Positions 41,014-51,342 of a stretch of 64,000 nucleotides of DNA are shown here, one piece after another. Made by a program: the position numbers and the translations under genes. The stretch comes from Candidatus Competibacteraceae bacterium (GTDB lineage: Bacteria > Bacteroidota > Bacteroidia > CAIKAF01), in contig JACSSC010000018.1 of NCBI GenBank assembly GCA_014879445.1, positions 64,706 through 128,705 on the forward strand. The letters are read 5' to 3'. How positions within the stretch are numbered: the stretch's first letter is position 1; every line of letters begins with the position of its first letter. The notes beneath the pieces were generated by a model. The model was given only the letters and a program-made list of their open reading frames with translations. It did not search any database and had not been told where the DNA came from.

Positions 41014-41940
41014 TTATTTGATGATGATATGACGCACGGATTTTTTTCCGTTGTCGAGAGAAATGTACATAAGATAGACAGATTGGGAAAGGCCGCTCAG
41101 GTCGAGCATGTTTAATCCGGCATGAAACTTTCCTTGTGTGATGGCTTTTCCTGAAAGTGAATAGATTGCATATTCAGCATCAGATGTAGCGTCCACATAT
41201 ATTAGACGCGTGGTGGGATTGGGGTATATTTTCCACAATAAAGAGGTTTCGTCTTTAATTCCTGTTAAAACGGATTGATAAATTAGGTTGTCAACGCCAA
41301 TCGTAGAGCCATTTATACCGCTAACTCCACCATTTGTAATAAAGTATCTGAAGGCAATGCGACCATTGAAGCCATTGGCTGATGCCGGAATGGATATAGC
41401 GTATCGCGTCCATGTCATTGGATATGCGCCAACTGTTGTGTCAAGGTTGGGATTGATGCTATATAAAACGGTTCCAAAAACACCTGTTGAATACTGATCA
41501 GTTCCAACATCGGTAGAGCTACCTGCAGTGCTGATGCGTATTTCGAGGCGATCGGGGTAGTATATGTTAGCGTACGATTTGGTCCAAAAAAACAGGGTGT
41601 CTCCATCGGAGAATAAGAGTTCTGGCGTAATAAGCCAGTTGGAAATATTTCCATTGCCGTTTACACTATTATAGTCACAAACGATAGAAGAGTTTGGGCT
41701 GCCCGACTGAGCAACGAAGTTGCCATTATCTTGTTGCCATTTTCCGTATCCAGTCGGTTCGGAGTTGTTAATTCGCACCCATCCAGATGAAAACAAATCA
41801 TCTACATTTTCAAAACCTTCATTCAGGTTTTGAGATTGAGCGTCAGTTGGAAAAAGTAAAAAACAAAAAAGTAAAAGTATGCCAAACAGATTTCCAAACA
41901 AAAGGCGATTAAGATGATATGTAAAGGAAGGAATGTGCAT
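41014..41940 (-). CDS. choice-of-anchor J / cleaved-adhesin-like domain T9SS cargo
   Basis: EGFE, ISNWLITPE, PDRLEIRIS, GRIAFRYF, IGVDN motifs; IYPNP C-terminal domain. Confidence 0.75.
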   Translation of the reverse strand: MHIPSFTYHLNRLLFGNLFGILLLFCFLLFPTDAQSQNLNEGFENVDDLFSSGWVRINNSEPTGYGKWQQDNGNFVAQSGSPNSSIVCDYNSVNGNGNISNWLITPELLFSDGDTLFFWTKSYANIYYPDRLEIRISTAGSSTDVGTDQYSTGVFGTVLYSINPNLDTTVGAYPMTWTRYAISIPASANGFNGRIAFRYFITNGGVSGINGSTIGVDNLIYQSVLTGIKDETSLLWKIYPNPTTRLIYVDATSDAEYAIYSLSGKAITQGKFHAGLNMLDLSGLSQSVYLMYISLDNGKKSVRHIIIK

Positions 41941-41943
41941 AAA

Positions 41944-44517
41944 TTATTGGGGATAATTTGCTTGATAAAACGTTGCGTAACTTTCAACATCCTGATTTTT
42001 GAAAAGCAATGCATAATTGCTCATGGTAATAGGAAATGTTTTAATGTACTGTCCTAGCTGTAAATTAGATATCATGTCTTTTTTGTTGAAAAGCTTTAAA
42101 TAATTTACAGCATCATTCCCATTTTTAAATTTGCGAATAAGTATAACTTGTGAACTGTTGCCCATAAGGGAAACATTGACACTTAGTCCGGCAATGGAAT
42201 AATTTTCATCATTGAATTGATTGATTTTCTGAGTGGCGGCACTTACGTTTCCTTTTAACGACGGAATAATAATAATGATGATGTGTTCGGCATTTAAATC
42301 CTTACTGTATGGAGATGTTGCTGATGTTTTTAAGCTATCTGTTTTAATTGGTTTAATGTCTGACTGGGTAGAAGTGTCTGATTTTGATTCTGTAGTAGTA
42401 TCAGAGAGTAATGCCAAAAGACGGTTGGCTGTATGTGACGATTCTGTTCCCTGATACTTATTAATCACATCTTTGAGTGCTTTAATAAAGGTCTCGATGC
42501 CTATAGTTTCCTTCGTTATTAAAGCTGAAAGAAGCGCAAATCGGTGAAGCATTCTACTTTCGGCAAATTCTGAAAAGGCCTGTTGGCAATAAATATCAGC
42601 TTGTGCATAATTGCCATTTTTGTAGGCAACATAGGCCTGATCGTATAAGGGAGCTGCTTTGTCGTCGGACTGATCTTTTTGTCCCATAAAGTCGGGATTG
42701 GAAAGAATTTGAGCATATTGGCTTGATGGATACTGGCCAATAATCAGATTTTTATAATAGTTTGATTTTTCTTCGTTTTTGAGGTCTTTGAAAACTAAAT
42801 ATAGCTGGTAGTATGTAATAGGGAAGTGTTTGTTTTTGGTATTTCTTTTAACCAAATCTTCTAATGATTCGGCAGAAAGCTCCAAATCAAGTATTTTTTC
42901 TTTGTATAGAAGACCTAAGTTGTACAATGCTTCCCAAATCATTTCATGAGAGGCCGTCATCATGGAGTCGTTGCGAGGAATTTCACGCAGATAAGTGAGG
43001 GGGTCGTACCTTGGATTATAGGCTGGCTCATTGGTGTTAACATCTGAAAAAGAAGTGGTATTCTTATTGCTTCTTCTCCAATCATCTTCAAGGGGCCTTT
43101 CACCCCATACCTTTTTAAACTCATTACGCCCAAATGCTAGGGCTTGGGTGTTGTAAAAGTACCACTTGCCCTCGCCGCCGTCAATGATTTGATTTCCGTC
43201 AATGTTCCCTTGAGATTGTTTTTTTTCATCGTCAAGTTTTTTCAGGTCTTCAACATAATCGTCCAAAAAAGCCATTAATGATTTGTCATCGAGTCGGGCT
43301 AATCGTTGTAAGCTGTCTTGTAGCTGAATAATTTTTATATTAAGCACCACCTCTGTCAGGTTTTCTTTCAAACGGGTTACGGCATCATATTCAGGATGGT
43401 CTTTTTCAAGAAATGTAGAAGTGGAATCATAATAGGCCTGTGCGGGTTCATATTTTCGGTCTGCAAAAGATATTCGAGCTAATTCCAAGAATGAAAGTCC
43501 TTTTTGATTTTTGTTGCTAATACTGGCCGCAACAGATTTTTTATAATGTAGGATAGCTTGTTCTTTATTGTTTTCTTTCAAATTAATGCTGGCAATAGCA
43601 TAATAAATCTGATCTTGGTATTCAATATTCTTGTCATCTTTCAACATCTTTTTCAGGAGTTTTTTCAACTCCTCATTACTGTCTTGACCGGCTGTACGGG
43701 CCATACTGATTTTGGACTGAAATTCTAACTCATATTCGGGCTTGAACTTAAGAACAGCGGCAAAACTTTCATATGCCTTAGTGTTGTCTTTGAGTTTTTG
43801 AAATAATTGCCCGCGAACAAACATATAACGGGCTTTTCTTTTTTTCTTTTTTTCAAACTCAATAGCTTTATCTAGCGATTGGATGGCTTTTTCGTATTCT
43901 TTGTCACGAATATAATAATCTGCAAGGGTAGTCCAATAGGAAGATTTTAGCTTTGCATCCAGCCCCTCGGCATCAATACGTCGAATAGCCGTTGCCGCCT
44001 CTGCCAATTCTCCATCTTCCAAAAAACTTCTTACCATCCAAATTTTGGCTTCGTCCTGTGTCTTTTTCTTTTCACTGTTTTCTGCAACATAACGCAATTG
44101 CCCAACACCCATTACAAAGTCAAGCTTAAAATAGTGGGCTATACCCATCATTAAATAGCAGTCGTCAATATATCGATTGTATTGTTTCCCATTGATGAGC
44201 ATAGAGTGCTTCTTAATCATAATTACACCCTTTTTTACAGCGCGATCCCACTGTGCATTTTGGGATTGAAATCCGTTGCGGTCGCCATAGTCATATACCG
44301 GTATAATCTTGGTGAAATTATCTCGACGACTTTTAACCAGATCCTGAATACCGGCTTTTAATGCCTCGTTGCCATTAAAATATCCATTGAACTTTGTGTT
44401 CATACTGTGCCAAAATCGGTTCAAAAAAGTATTCTTCTTAGTTGAACACCCACCCAAACCAAGCATCAGCATCATTAATAAAGCCGGAAATACAAATCGT
44501 AACTTAGGTAAAATCAC
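41944..44517 (-). CDS. porW: T9SS periplasmic TPR lipoprotein PorW/SprE
   Basis: GGCSTKKNT...N..FNGYFNG, TPR repeats, WYFYN...WG.R.LEDDWRRSNK; TATGTTTG promoter at 44538-44545. Confidence 0.85.
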   Translation of the reverse strand: MILPKLRFVFPALLMMLMLGLGGCSTKKNTFLNRFWHSMNTKFNGYFNGNEALKAGIQDLVKSRRDNFTKIIPVYDYGDRNGFQSQNAQWDRAVKKGVIMIKKHSMLINGKQYNRYIDDCYLMMGIAHYFKLDFVMGVGQLRYVAENSEKKKTQDEAKIWMVRSFLEDGELAEAATAIRRIDAEGLDAKLKSSYWTTLADYYIRDKEYEKAIQSLDKAIEFEKKKKRKARYMFVRGQLFQKLKDNTKAYESFAAVLKFKPEYELEFQSKISMARTAGQDSNEELKKLLKKMLKDDKNIEYQDQIYYAIASINLKENNKEQAILHYKKSVAASISNKNQKGLSFLELARISFADRKYEPAQAYYDSTSTFLEKDHPEYDAVTRLKENLTEVVLNIKIIQLQDSLQRLARLDDKSLMAFLDDYVEDLKKLDDEKKQSQGNIDGNQIIDGGEGKWYFYNTQALAFGRNEFKKVWGERPLEDDWRRSNKNTTSFSDVNTNEPAYNPRYDPLTYLREIPRNDSMMTASHEMIWEALYNLGLLYKEKILDLELSAESLEDLVKRNTKNKHFPITYYQLYLVFKDLKNEEKSNYYKNLIIGQYPSSQYAQILSNPDFMGQKDQSDDKAAPLYDQAYVAYKNGNYAQADIYCQQAFSEFAESRMLHRFALLSALITKETIGIETFIKALKDVINKYQGTESSHTANRLLALLSDTTTESKSDTSTQSDIKPIKTDSLKTSATSPYSKDLNAEHIIIIIIPSLKGNVSAATQKINQFNDENYSIAGLSVNVSLMGNSSQVILIRKFKNGNDAVNYLKLFNKKDMISNLQLGQYIKTFPITMSNYALLFKNQDVESYATFYQANYPQ

Positions 44518-44620
44518 GGATCCTGAAATTTAAACTACAAACATACGATATTCTACCAACATGGAAGATATTTCATGACAGATTAACGACTGAAGGCAAT
44601 TATTATTTTAATCTGAATTA

Positions 44621-44845
44621 TTAGGGATGCCTTTCTTCTGTACAGCCGGCACTTAATGCGACATCTGTAAATGCTTTCCAGTCGGGATCATTTGATAAAA
44701 GAGTGGTTTCGTATGTATCGCGACAATATGTTGTATTGGCATATCCGGAAATGTTTTCACATCTAATGCATTCAGGCGAGGAGCAGGCATTAATCAGTAT
44801 AATCCCTAATGTAAAAAGTGTAAGCTGGAAAACTTTATATGACAT
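44621..44845 (-). CDS. small Cys-rich lipoprotein
   Basis: INAC lipobox then CxxC...C...C; own TATATTTG -7 element at 44861-44868. Confidence 0.6.
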   Translation of the reverse strand: MSYKVFQLTLFTLGIILINACSSPECIRCENISGYANTTYCRDTYETTLLSNDPDWKAFTDVALSAGCTEERHP

Positions 44846-44869
44846 TTATTTTCTATTGAGCAAATATAA

Positions 44870-46555
44870 TCAGTTTTTATTTTTTCCTCTACTATCCGTT
44901 TTGCCAATTTGCCATTGTAAAGTCATGTCAAATCCTTTTTTCACTTCGATTATTTGGGGGTAGTAGGATACTTTTTCGGGCTGCTGACCAATGGCATAAT
45001 CGCCGGTGTCCCACTTGTTGTTTTGATTGGTGTCATAAATTAATCGCAGGGTGTATTTCCCTTGTAATATTCTTGAAAAAACCACGATTGCTTGTCCCTC
45101 TTCGTTTATATTTCCTGTTTTTTGTTGTACTATTTGCTCTTTTTCGTCAATCCATTGTAATAGTATAGTTGGCGTATTGGAGATGTTTTCTATTTCCATT
45201 GTAATTTCTGAATAATCAGATGGCAAAGTAGTTTTTATATTAAACACGAGGGTGTCGTGGCTTTGGCCAAATAGATCAGTAAGGCAGTTCGGCAAGAGAG
45301 TAAAAGTGTATGATTTTCCAGGGGTTAGTTTGGTTTTTAATTGGAGTTGACGGTGAAGGGTGTCTTTAAAATCCAATTCGAATAATACGGGTGAATTGTC
45401 TGTTCTAAGCGTTGCAAGCAAGGGGTTTAATTTTTCAATGGGAGCTGATGCGATGAATGTTACTGGCAGGGTATAATCTGCATCGGCAGAAGATGCTGTT
45501 TTGATTTCTAATTTAGGTATTTCGGGTTGTATTGTAGCTGTTTGAGATCCTTTTCCTTTGTTTCCCGAACCGACACTTTGTGGTCGTGGTTTTTTTACAG
45601 AAATAGTATCCCAAGAGTTATTTTGCCATATACGAAATTTGAGGGTATCGGATAAAATGGGCTTATACCAGTATAATATAGAATCATGGGCAGCCGATCC
45701 GAATTCAATGGCAGTGGCAAAAGCAGGCAAACTGTCGGTAAGGGGTTCAATCTTTGCAGAATCAACGGGCTGTTGAAACACAAAACAAATTTTTCCGGGA
45801 TGAATCATGCGAGCAAATCGAAGTTTGTTCTCTCCTTTTTGTTCTCTAAACATCAGTATTCTATGCTCAACACTATCGCCACTCTGAACAGTATGGTCAA
45901 GAAATCCAATCCACTCATCTGGTTTGTCGTAACGCAAATTGCGGTTTGATTCTTTAATAGCTACAACAGCAAAGTTCCCATTGGCAAGATATTCGAGCGA
46001 CGAAGATCCGTCAGCTTTGCTTTCTCCAATATAATATGGGTCATAATGATATGCCAGCGAATCGCTTTGTGTGTTATAAAGCATTATGGTTGCATCTGCA
46101 ATGGGTTTGAGGGTAAACGCATCCAATGTTTTGAAGCGAATTTTTAATGAGTCGATGAATGTGCCGGTAGAGAACACATATGTAAGGGTTGAGGCAATAT
46201 TACCTTCGTTGTTATCGGCAATTGATTTTCCAAATCGGATTATATAGGTTGTGTTTGGAAGAAGGGTGTCTTTTAGAACAACGTCAACGGATTTGCCTTT
46301 TAATATCAATTCAGGTTTGATTTTCATTGGAGGCGATACAAACACTTCTTTGGATGCATTTGAAATGACTACAAATTCATTGAAAATCAAGATGATTTTA
46401 GAGGCATGAAATGATAGGGAAAAAGTATCAGGAATGGCTTTTATCAGTTTTGGGGGAGTTGTGTCGCGGGGGCCACCTTCGAGTGGGATGATATTAGCGC
46501 AGGATCCCAAAATAATGGTTGTGAACAGAACGAAATATAGATGCCTTGTTTTCAT
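44870..46555 (-). CDS. Ig-like (Big_5) domain lipoprotein, conserved in Bacteroidota
   Basis: SCA....GGPRDTTPP, F.EF, L.PNTTY, FSTG..ID, D.N.N.KWDTG...QPE. Confidence 0.8.
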   Translation of the reverse strand: MKTRHLYFVLFTTIILGSCANIIPLEGGPRDTTPPKLIKAIPDTFSLSFHASKIILIFNEFVVISNASKEVFVSPPMKIKPELILKGKSVDVVLKDTLLPNTTYIIRFGKSIADNNEGNIASTLTYVFSTGTFIDSLKIRFKTLDAFTLKPIADATIMLYNTQSDSLAYHYDPYYIGESKADGSSSLEYLANGNFAVVAIKESNRNLRYDKPDEWIGFLDHTVQSGDSVEHRILMFREQKGENKLRFARMIHPGKICFVFQQPVDSAKIEPLTDSLPAFATAIEFGSAAHDSILYWYKPILSDTLKFRIWQNNSWDTISVKKPRPQSVGSGNKGKGSQTATIQPEIPKLEIKTASSADADYTLPVTFIASAPIEKLNPLLATLRTDNSPVLFELDFKDTLHRQLQLKTKLTPGKSYTFTLLPNCLTDLFGQSHDTLVFNIKTTLPSDYSEITMEIENISNTPTILLQWIDEKEQIVQQKTGNINEEGQAIVVFSRILQGKYTLRLIYDTNQNNKWDTGDYAIGQQPEKVSYYPQIIEVKKGFDMTLQWQIGKTDSRGKNKN

Positions 46556-47016
46556 TTGTCAAACACCTTGTTTCCAATTAATGCAGCTATGCGTTCTAGT
46601 CCTTCTGCATCATTTTCATCAAAACTATTATATTGATTGGAATCAATATCAAGCACACCAATTACTTGTTGTCCGGCAATAATTGGCACAACTATTTCTG
46701 ATTTGGAATCAGCACTACACGCTATATGTCCGTCAAAAAGATGCACATCAGGCACAACAATCGTTCGTTTTTCTTTCCAAGCAGTACCACATACGCCTTT
46801 TCCAAAGCCAATACGAGTGCACGCTACGGGTCCTTGAAAAGGCCCTAATACCAATTCCAGGCCTTCAACAAGATAAAACCCCGTCCACCAGAAATGAAGA
46901 TTATGATGAATGATGGCCGCAATGTTGGCTAAATTGGCAACAAAAGAGGATTCATTCCCTACAAGGGCTTCGGCTTGCTGATATAAGGAAAGATAAATTT
47001 GCTTTTTGTCCGGCAT
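46552..47016 (-). CDS. msrC: GAF-domain free methionine-R-sulfoxide reductase
   Basis: WTGFY, LGPFQGPVAC, GVCG, HIACS..SKSEIVVP, VLDIDS; TACCTTTG at 47021-47028. Confidence 0.85.
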   Translation of the reverse strand: MPDKKQIYLSLYQQAEALVGNESSFVANLANIAAIIHHNLHFWWTGFYLVEGLELVLGPFQGPVACTRIGFGKGVCGTAWKEKRTIVVPDVHLFDGHIACSADSKSEIVVPIIAGQQVIGVLDIDSNQYNSFDENDAEGLERIAALIGNKVFDK

Positions 47017-47059
47017 GGAGCAAAGGTAGCATTATGTGTCAAAAAATATTTATTAGGGG

Positions 47060-48550
47060 TTATGGGAATCCTCGAATGGCAATTGTTGTGCTGCGGTTAA
47101 ATGGTGGAGGGTTGGATTTGTCGGGATGCTGAATGTTCACAAAATAAGTTTTTCCGTCAGGCGTAAAGTAGCTTCCTGTAGTTTCGCATCCACGTGGGCC
47201 AACGGCAAATCGCATTAAATCGTTACGCGTGGGCTTTGCAATGGTGAGATCAAGAAAGTATATTTCGTTTATCAACCACCCTTTTTCTTCTGCTTCTTTG
47301 CTAACGCGCCCCATAGAAAGGCCTGTTAAATCTTCACTAATAATTATATAAGGTTTTTCTTGAAGATATGCTATGTGAAGTGCGTCGGGATTGGCAAAAT
47401 GCCCACCGTCTTTCTCAATAGGGCCACCATCTAATAATACCTCCATTTGAAGCGTAATGGGATCAAAAACCAAAATGCGGCCAAACGGATCAGCATATAT
47501 GCCATCTCCGGTTTTATGATTTTTTTCTAAATAATGTGGAACGGTGCCACCATTTTGGATATGAACAGATAAGTTAAGCGAGTCATATCCGGTTTCGGAG
47601 ATATAAATTTTACCGTTAGCTTCTTGTATCCATTCTTGGCGTACAAACATAGTAGCGCCTTTAGCTATAGCTGTGTCGCGAATATGAATCAGCGACCGTA
47701 TGTCCATCGGCATCGCAAGCCATCTGCCCGAAAGACCATCCTGCGATTGCTGATAAGCATAAAGCTGTCCCGATGAATAATCATTAGGATTGGTAGTTTC
47801 AAATTTAAAGAAAATGGCAGGACAATAATCGTCTGTCAGATACACGGTTTTCCCATCTGGTGTGCAATATGCATCTTCATGCGTGTAGCGACCAAAATTG
47901 TAAACTTTTTGTATTGCTTCTCCTTTTATTGGATCCACCTCTACCATCCAACCCATATGCTCTTCTTTTGTCATATGATTCATGCCACGGAGTGACGTAA
48001 TTTGTGGATTTTTTAATTCGGATAATGAGCTTGGAAAGAGTTCTTCAGCAGTAAGCACAGTTCCTTTGGGTGTTAGTGTTCCTCCACAATTATAAACGGT
48101 TCCGCCAACGGTGCTGAAATCAACATTTCTTTTTTCTCCAATTACAACCCACTTTCCATTTTCAAATACTACATCAAGCAAAGTTGCGCCACCACCATCC
48201 CCGGCATGCGGGTCAATCACCAGTGTTTCATGACTTACATACAGTGTGCCCTTGTCAGATCGGTTATTATCAGGGATATATATGATTAAATCGTGATTTC
48301 CCTTGGCGGGAGCTTTCCCATTTGCGGTTCGAACGGTGTCGCTCTCTGCAAAAAGAATATCATAAGTAAAACCTTCAGGAAGTATAAGGTTTGGAGTATT
48401 GTAATCAGGTTCAACGGGGTTAAACAGTATATTTTTTTGGTCAGTGTCTGGGTTTATTATTAACTTAGCATCCCTTTTGCCCGACTGGCAGCTTATTGCA
48501 AGCCCTGTCAGTAATATGCCGAAATAACCAATCTGCATTTTCATATCCAT
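47060..48550 (-). CDS. phoX: PhoX-family (DUF839) alkaline phosphatase lipoprotein
   Basis: SHE, NCGG..TP.GTVLT.EE, GWMVEVDP, GR..HE, NPD, E.TG..FTPDGKT.FVNIQHP. Confidence 0.82.
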   Translation of the reverse strand: MDMKMQIGYFGILLTGLAISCQSGKRDAKLIINPDTDQKNILFNPVEPDYNTPNLILPEGFTYDILFAESDTVRTANGKAPAKGNHDLIIYIPDNNRSDKGTLYVSHETLVIDPHAGDGGGATLLDVVFENGKWVVIGEKRNVDFSTVGGTVYNCGGTLTPKGTVLTAEELFPSSLSELKNPQITSLRGMNHMTKEEHMGWMVEVDPIKGEAIQKVYNFGRYTHEDAYCTPDGKTVYLTDDYCPAIFFKFETTNPNDYSSGQLYAYQQSQDGLSGRWLAMPMDIRSLIHIRDTAIAKGATMFVRQEWIQEANGKIYISETGYDSLNLSVHIQNGGTVPHYLEKNHKTGDGIYADPFGRILVFDPITLQMEVLLDGGPIEKDGGHFANPDALHIAYLQEKPYIIISEDLTGLSMGRVSKEAEEKGWLINEIYFLDLTIAKPTRNDLMRFAVGPRGCETTGSYFTPDGKTYFVNIQHPDKSNPPPFNRSTTIAIRGFP

Positions 48551-48701
48551 TCGGTTTATGAAGGCAAAAGTAAGCTAATTAAACCAACTAATTATGAAAC
48601 AGATGTAAGGGATGTATTAAGTTTATTTTTCCAGACATTTTTGTTTATAATAAAAATTGTTTAACTTGTGATTTGCTTGATTAGAATTGTGATGACGAAA
48701 G

Positions 48702-48983
48702 ATGGGCTTGTGCAAAATCAACATTGTTATTTGCTCGAACGGGAGATGTTTAGTTTCAAGCCGGGTATAGAGTTGGTCGTTTCAGCAGGTAGTAAACATC
48801 CTTTATTTGGAAGAATTACATGTTGGCTATTATGTGTTTAGAGCAAAAATGATAGAGGATGACAGAATGGCTAATTTGAATACACAATTTAAGGATTGCA
48901 CAACTCAAGAAGTTTTAATGGATGTTAATATGTCTTCATTATTAAAAAAAAAGAATTACATTTATACCACATTCAAGCAATAA
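48702..48983 (+). pseudogene. possible decayed T9SS C-terminal-domain remnant
   Basis: One frame reads MGLCKINIVICSNGRCLVSSRV*SWSFQQVVNILYLEELHVGYYVFRAK... with an internal TAG at 48768-48770, resembling the CTD pattern I.I...G+.V...I.L..L..G.Y. Confidence 0.25.
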
Positions 48984-49006
48984 GCAACCCAATTAAACTT
49001 TACGCT

Positions 49007-51202
49007 ATGCCACAAATAATAGAAGACGTTTCATTACACAAGCAACTTAAATCCATTTTTGGGTTTGATCACTTTAAAGGAAGGCAAGAAGAGATTATAC
49101 AAAATCTGCTTAACGGCAACGATACTTTTGTCATTATGCCGACCGGTGGAGGCAAATCCATGTGTTATCAGTTGCCCGCATTAATCAGCGAAGGAACAGC
49201 CATTATAGTATCGCCACTTATTGCATTGATGAAAAATCAAGTAGATTCAATTCGCGGGTATGGAGATATTGATGGCGTTGCTCATTTTTTCAATTCATCA
49301 TTGTCAAAAAGTGAACGCGACAAAGTAAAAGCTGACATTATAAAAGGCGTGACCAAGTTGCTATATGTTGCTCCCGAATCACTTACTAAGGAGGAGAATG
49401 TTCACTTCCTTCAAAGCATACGCATATCATTTTTTGCTATTGACGAAGCACATTGTATATCAGAGTGGGGGCACGATTTCAGACCAGAGTATAGGCGACT
49501 ACGACCAATTATCGAAGAAATAGACAGGGTACCTATTATCGCCCTTACGGCAACAGCAACGCCAAAAGTGCAGCATGATATTCTTAAAAACCTCGGCATG
49601 AGTGAAGCCACTGTATATAAAGATTCATTCAATCGCCCTAATCTGTATTACGAAATCCGCCCCAAAAAGAATGTAAATAAAGAAATCATCAAATTTGTAA
49701 AAACACAGGCAGGCAAATCAGGAATTGTGTATTGCCAAAGTCGGAAAAAGGTAGAAGAATTAGCTGAGATGTTGCAGGTTAATGGTATTAGTGCTGTACC
49801 CTATCATGCCGGCATGGATGCTAAATCTCGGGCAAAAAATCAAGACCTTTTTTTAATGCAAGATGTGGATGTAATTGTTGCTACCATAGCTTTTGGAATG
49901 GGAATAGATAAGCCGGATATTCGCTATATCGTGCATCATGACATTCCTAAAAGTTTGGAGAGTTATTATCAAGAAACGGGACGTGCAGGTAGAGATGGAG
50001 GCGAGGGGCGATGTGTTGCCTTTTATGCTCATGAAGATATTTCAAAATTAGAAAAACTCCTGAGCGGGAAACCCATCGCCGAGCAGGAAATCAATAAGCT
50101 CCTCATGCAGGAGGTTGTGGCATTTACCGAAACCAGCAGTTGTCGCCGCAAAGCCCTGTTGCATTATTTTGGAGAACATTTTGAAGAAGAACAATGCAAC
50201 GATATGTGCGACAATTGTGCGCACCCACGCGAAAAATTTGAAGCAAAAGAACATCTTCTTCTCTTGCTTGAAGTAATGACTGAACTAAAAGGCAAATTTA
50301 AATCAGCGCATTTGGTGGCGGTGCTTACCGGCAAAGAAAATAATGCTGTTAAGCAATACAAGCATCACACACTCGAAATATTTGGCAAAGGCAATTATGA
50401 AGATGAAAAATTTTGGCAAGCAGTAATACGTCAGGCATTGGTAAACAACCTGCTTAGTAAAGAAATCGAAAATTATGGTACTTTGTTTATCAACGAAAAG
50501 GGTCTTGAATATCTCGATCATCCAGAATTCATACTATTTACAAAAGATCATGATTTTGAAAGCGAGGATGATGATGATAGCATTATTACTAAACAAAAGG
50601 GAGGTGGTGCCCTTGACGAAGCTTTGATGGGAATGCTCAAAGAATTACGTAAGCAAACAGCAAAAAAATTCAATTTGCCACCATTTGTTATTTTCCAAGA
50701 CCCCTCTTTGGAAGAGATGGCTACCCAGTATCCGATTACATTGGACGAACTCAAAAACATTTCCGGTGTAGGAGAAGGCAAAGCCATTAAGTACGGCCAA
50801 CCTTTCGTTGATGTGATTGCAAAACATGTGGAAGAAAATGAAATTGAAAGGCCATTTGATTTTGCTGTTAAGTCGGTTGCTAACAAGTCGGCCATGAAAG
50901 TTTCCATTATTCAAGCCATTGACAGAAAATTACCATTGCACGAATTTGCCAAATCAAAAGGGGTGGAGATGGATGATTTTATTCATGAAATGGAAACCAT
51001 CGTAAGCTCCGGCACTAAGCTCGATTTGGGATATTACTTAAATTCGCTTGTTGAAAAAGAAGACCAAGATGATATTTTCGAGATTCTTCGTCACTCCGAA
51101 AATGGAAATATGGATGATGTAATGGACGAATATGGAGATGTGTACGATGAAAAAGAACTGCGTTTGATGCGTGTTAAATTTATCTCTGACATGGGGAACT
51201 AA
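49007..51202 (+). CDS. recQ: DNA helicase RecQ
   Basis: MPTGGGKS, DEAHCISEWGHDFRP, YYQETGRAGRDG, Zn-binding Cys cluster, RQC and HRDC domains. Confidence 0.96.
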   Translation: MPQIIEDVSLHKQLKSIFGFDHFKGRQEEIIQNLLNGNDTFVIMPTGGGKSMCYQLPALISEGTAIIVSPLIALMKNQVDSIRGYGDIDGVAHFFNSSLSKSERDKVKADIIKGVTKLLYVAPESLTKEENVHFLQSIRISFFAIDEAHCISEWGHDFRPEYRRLRPIIEEIDRVPIIALTATATPKVQHDILKNLGMSEATVYKDSFNRPNLYYEIRPKKNVNKEIIKFVKTQAGKSGIVYCQSRKKVEELAEMLQVNGISAVPYHAGMDAKSRAKNQDLFLMQDVDVIVATIAFGMGIDKPDIRYIVHHDIPKSLESYYQETGRAGRDGGEGRCVAFYAHEDISKLEKLLSGKPIAEQEINKLLMQEVVAFTETSSCRRKALLHYFGEHFEEEQCNDMCDNCAHPREKFEAKEHLLLLLEVMTELKGKFKSAHLVAVLTGKENNAVKQYKHHTLEIFGKGNYEDEKFWQAVIRQALVNNLLSKEIENYGTLFINEKGLEYLDHPEFILFTKDHDFESEDDDDSIITKQKGGGALDEALMGMLKELRKQTAKKFNLPPFVIFQDPSLEEMATQYPITLDELKNISGVGEGKAIKYGQPFVDVIAKHVEENEIERPFDFAVKSVANKSAMKVSIIQAIDRKLPLHEFAKSKGVEMDDFIHEMETIVSSGTKLDLGYYLNSLVEKEDQDDIFEILRHSENGNMDDVMDEYGDVYDEKELRLMRVKFISDMGN

Positions 51203-51342
51203 ACTCCTAATAATCAAACACAAGACATTTCTTGGGCTTCTGATATTAACAATTTTATCAACAATAATTTTGTATTTTATTTAACATTTTTTAATTTCGG
51301 TCGGTATTTTAGATATTAGAACCCCAAAAAGCCGATTGAATT

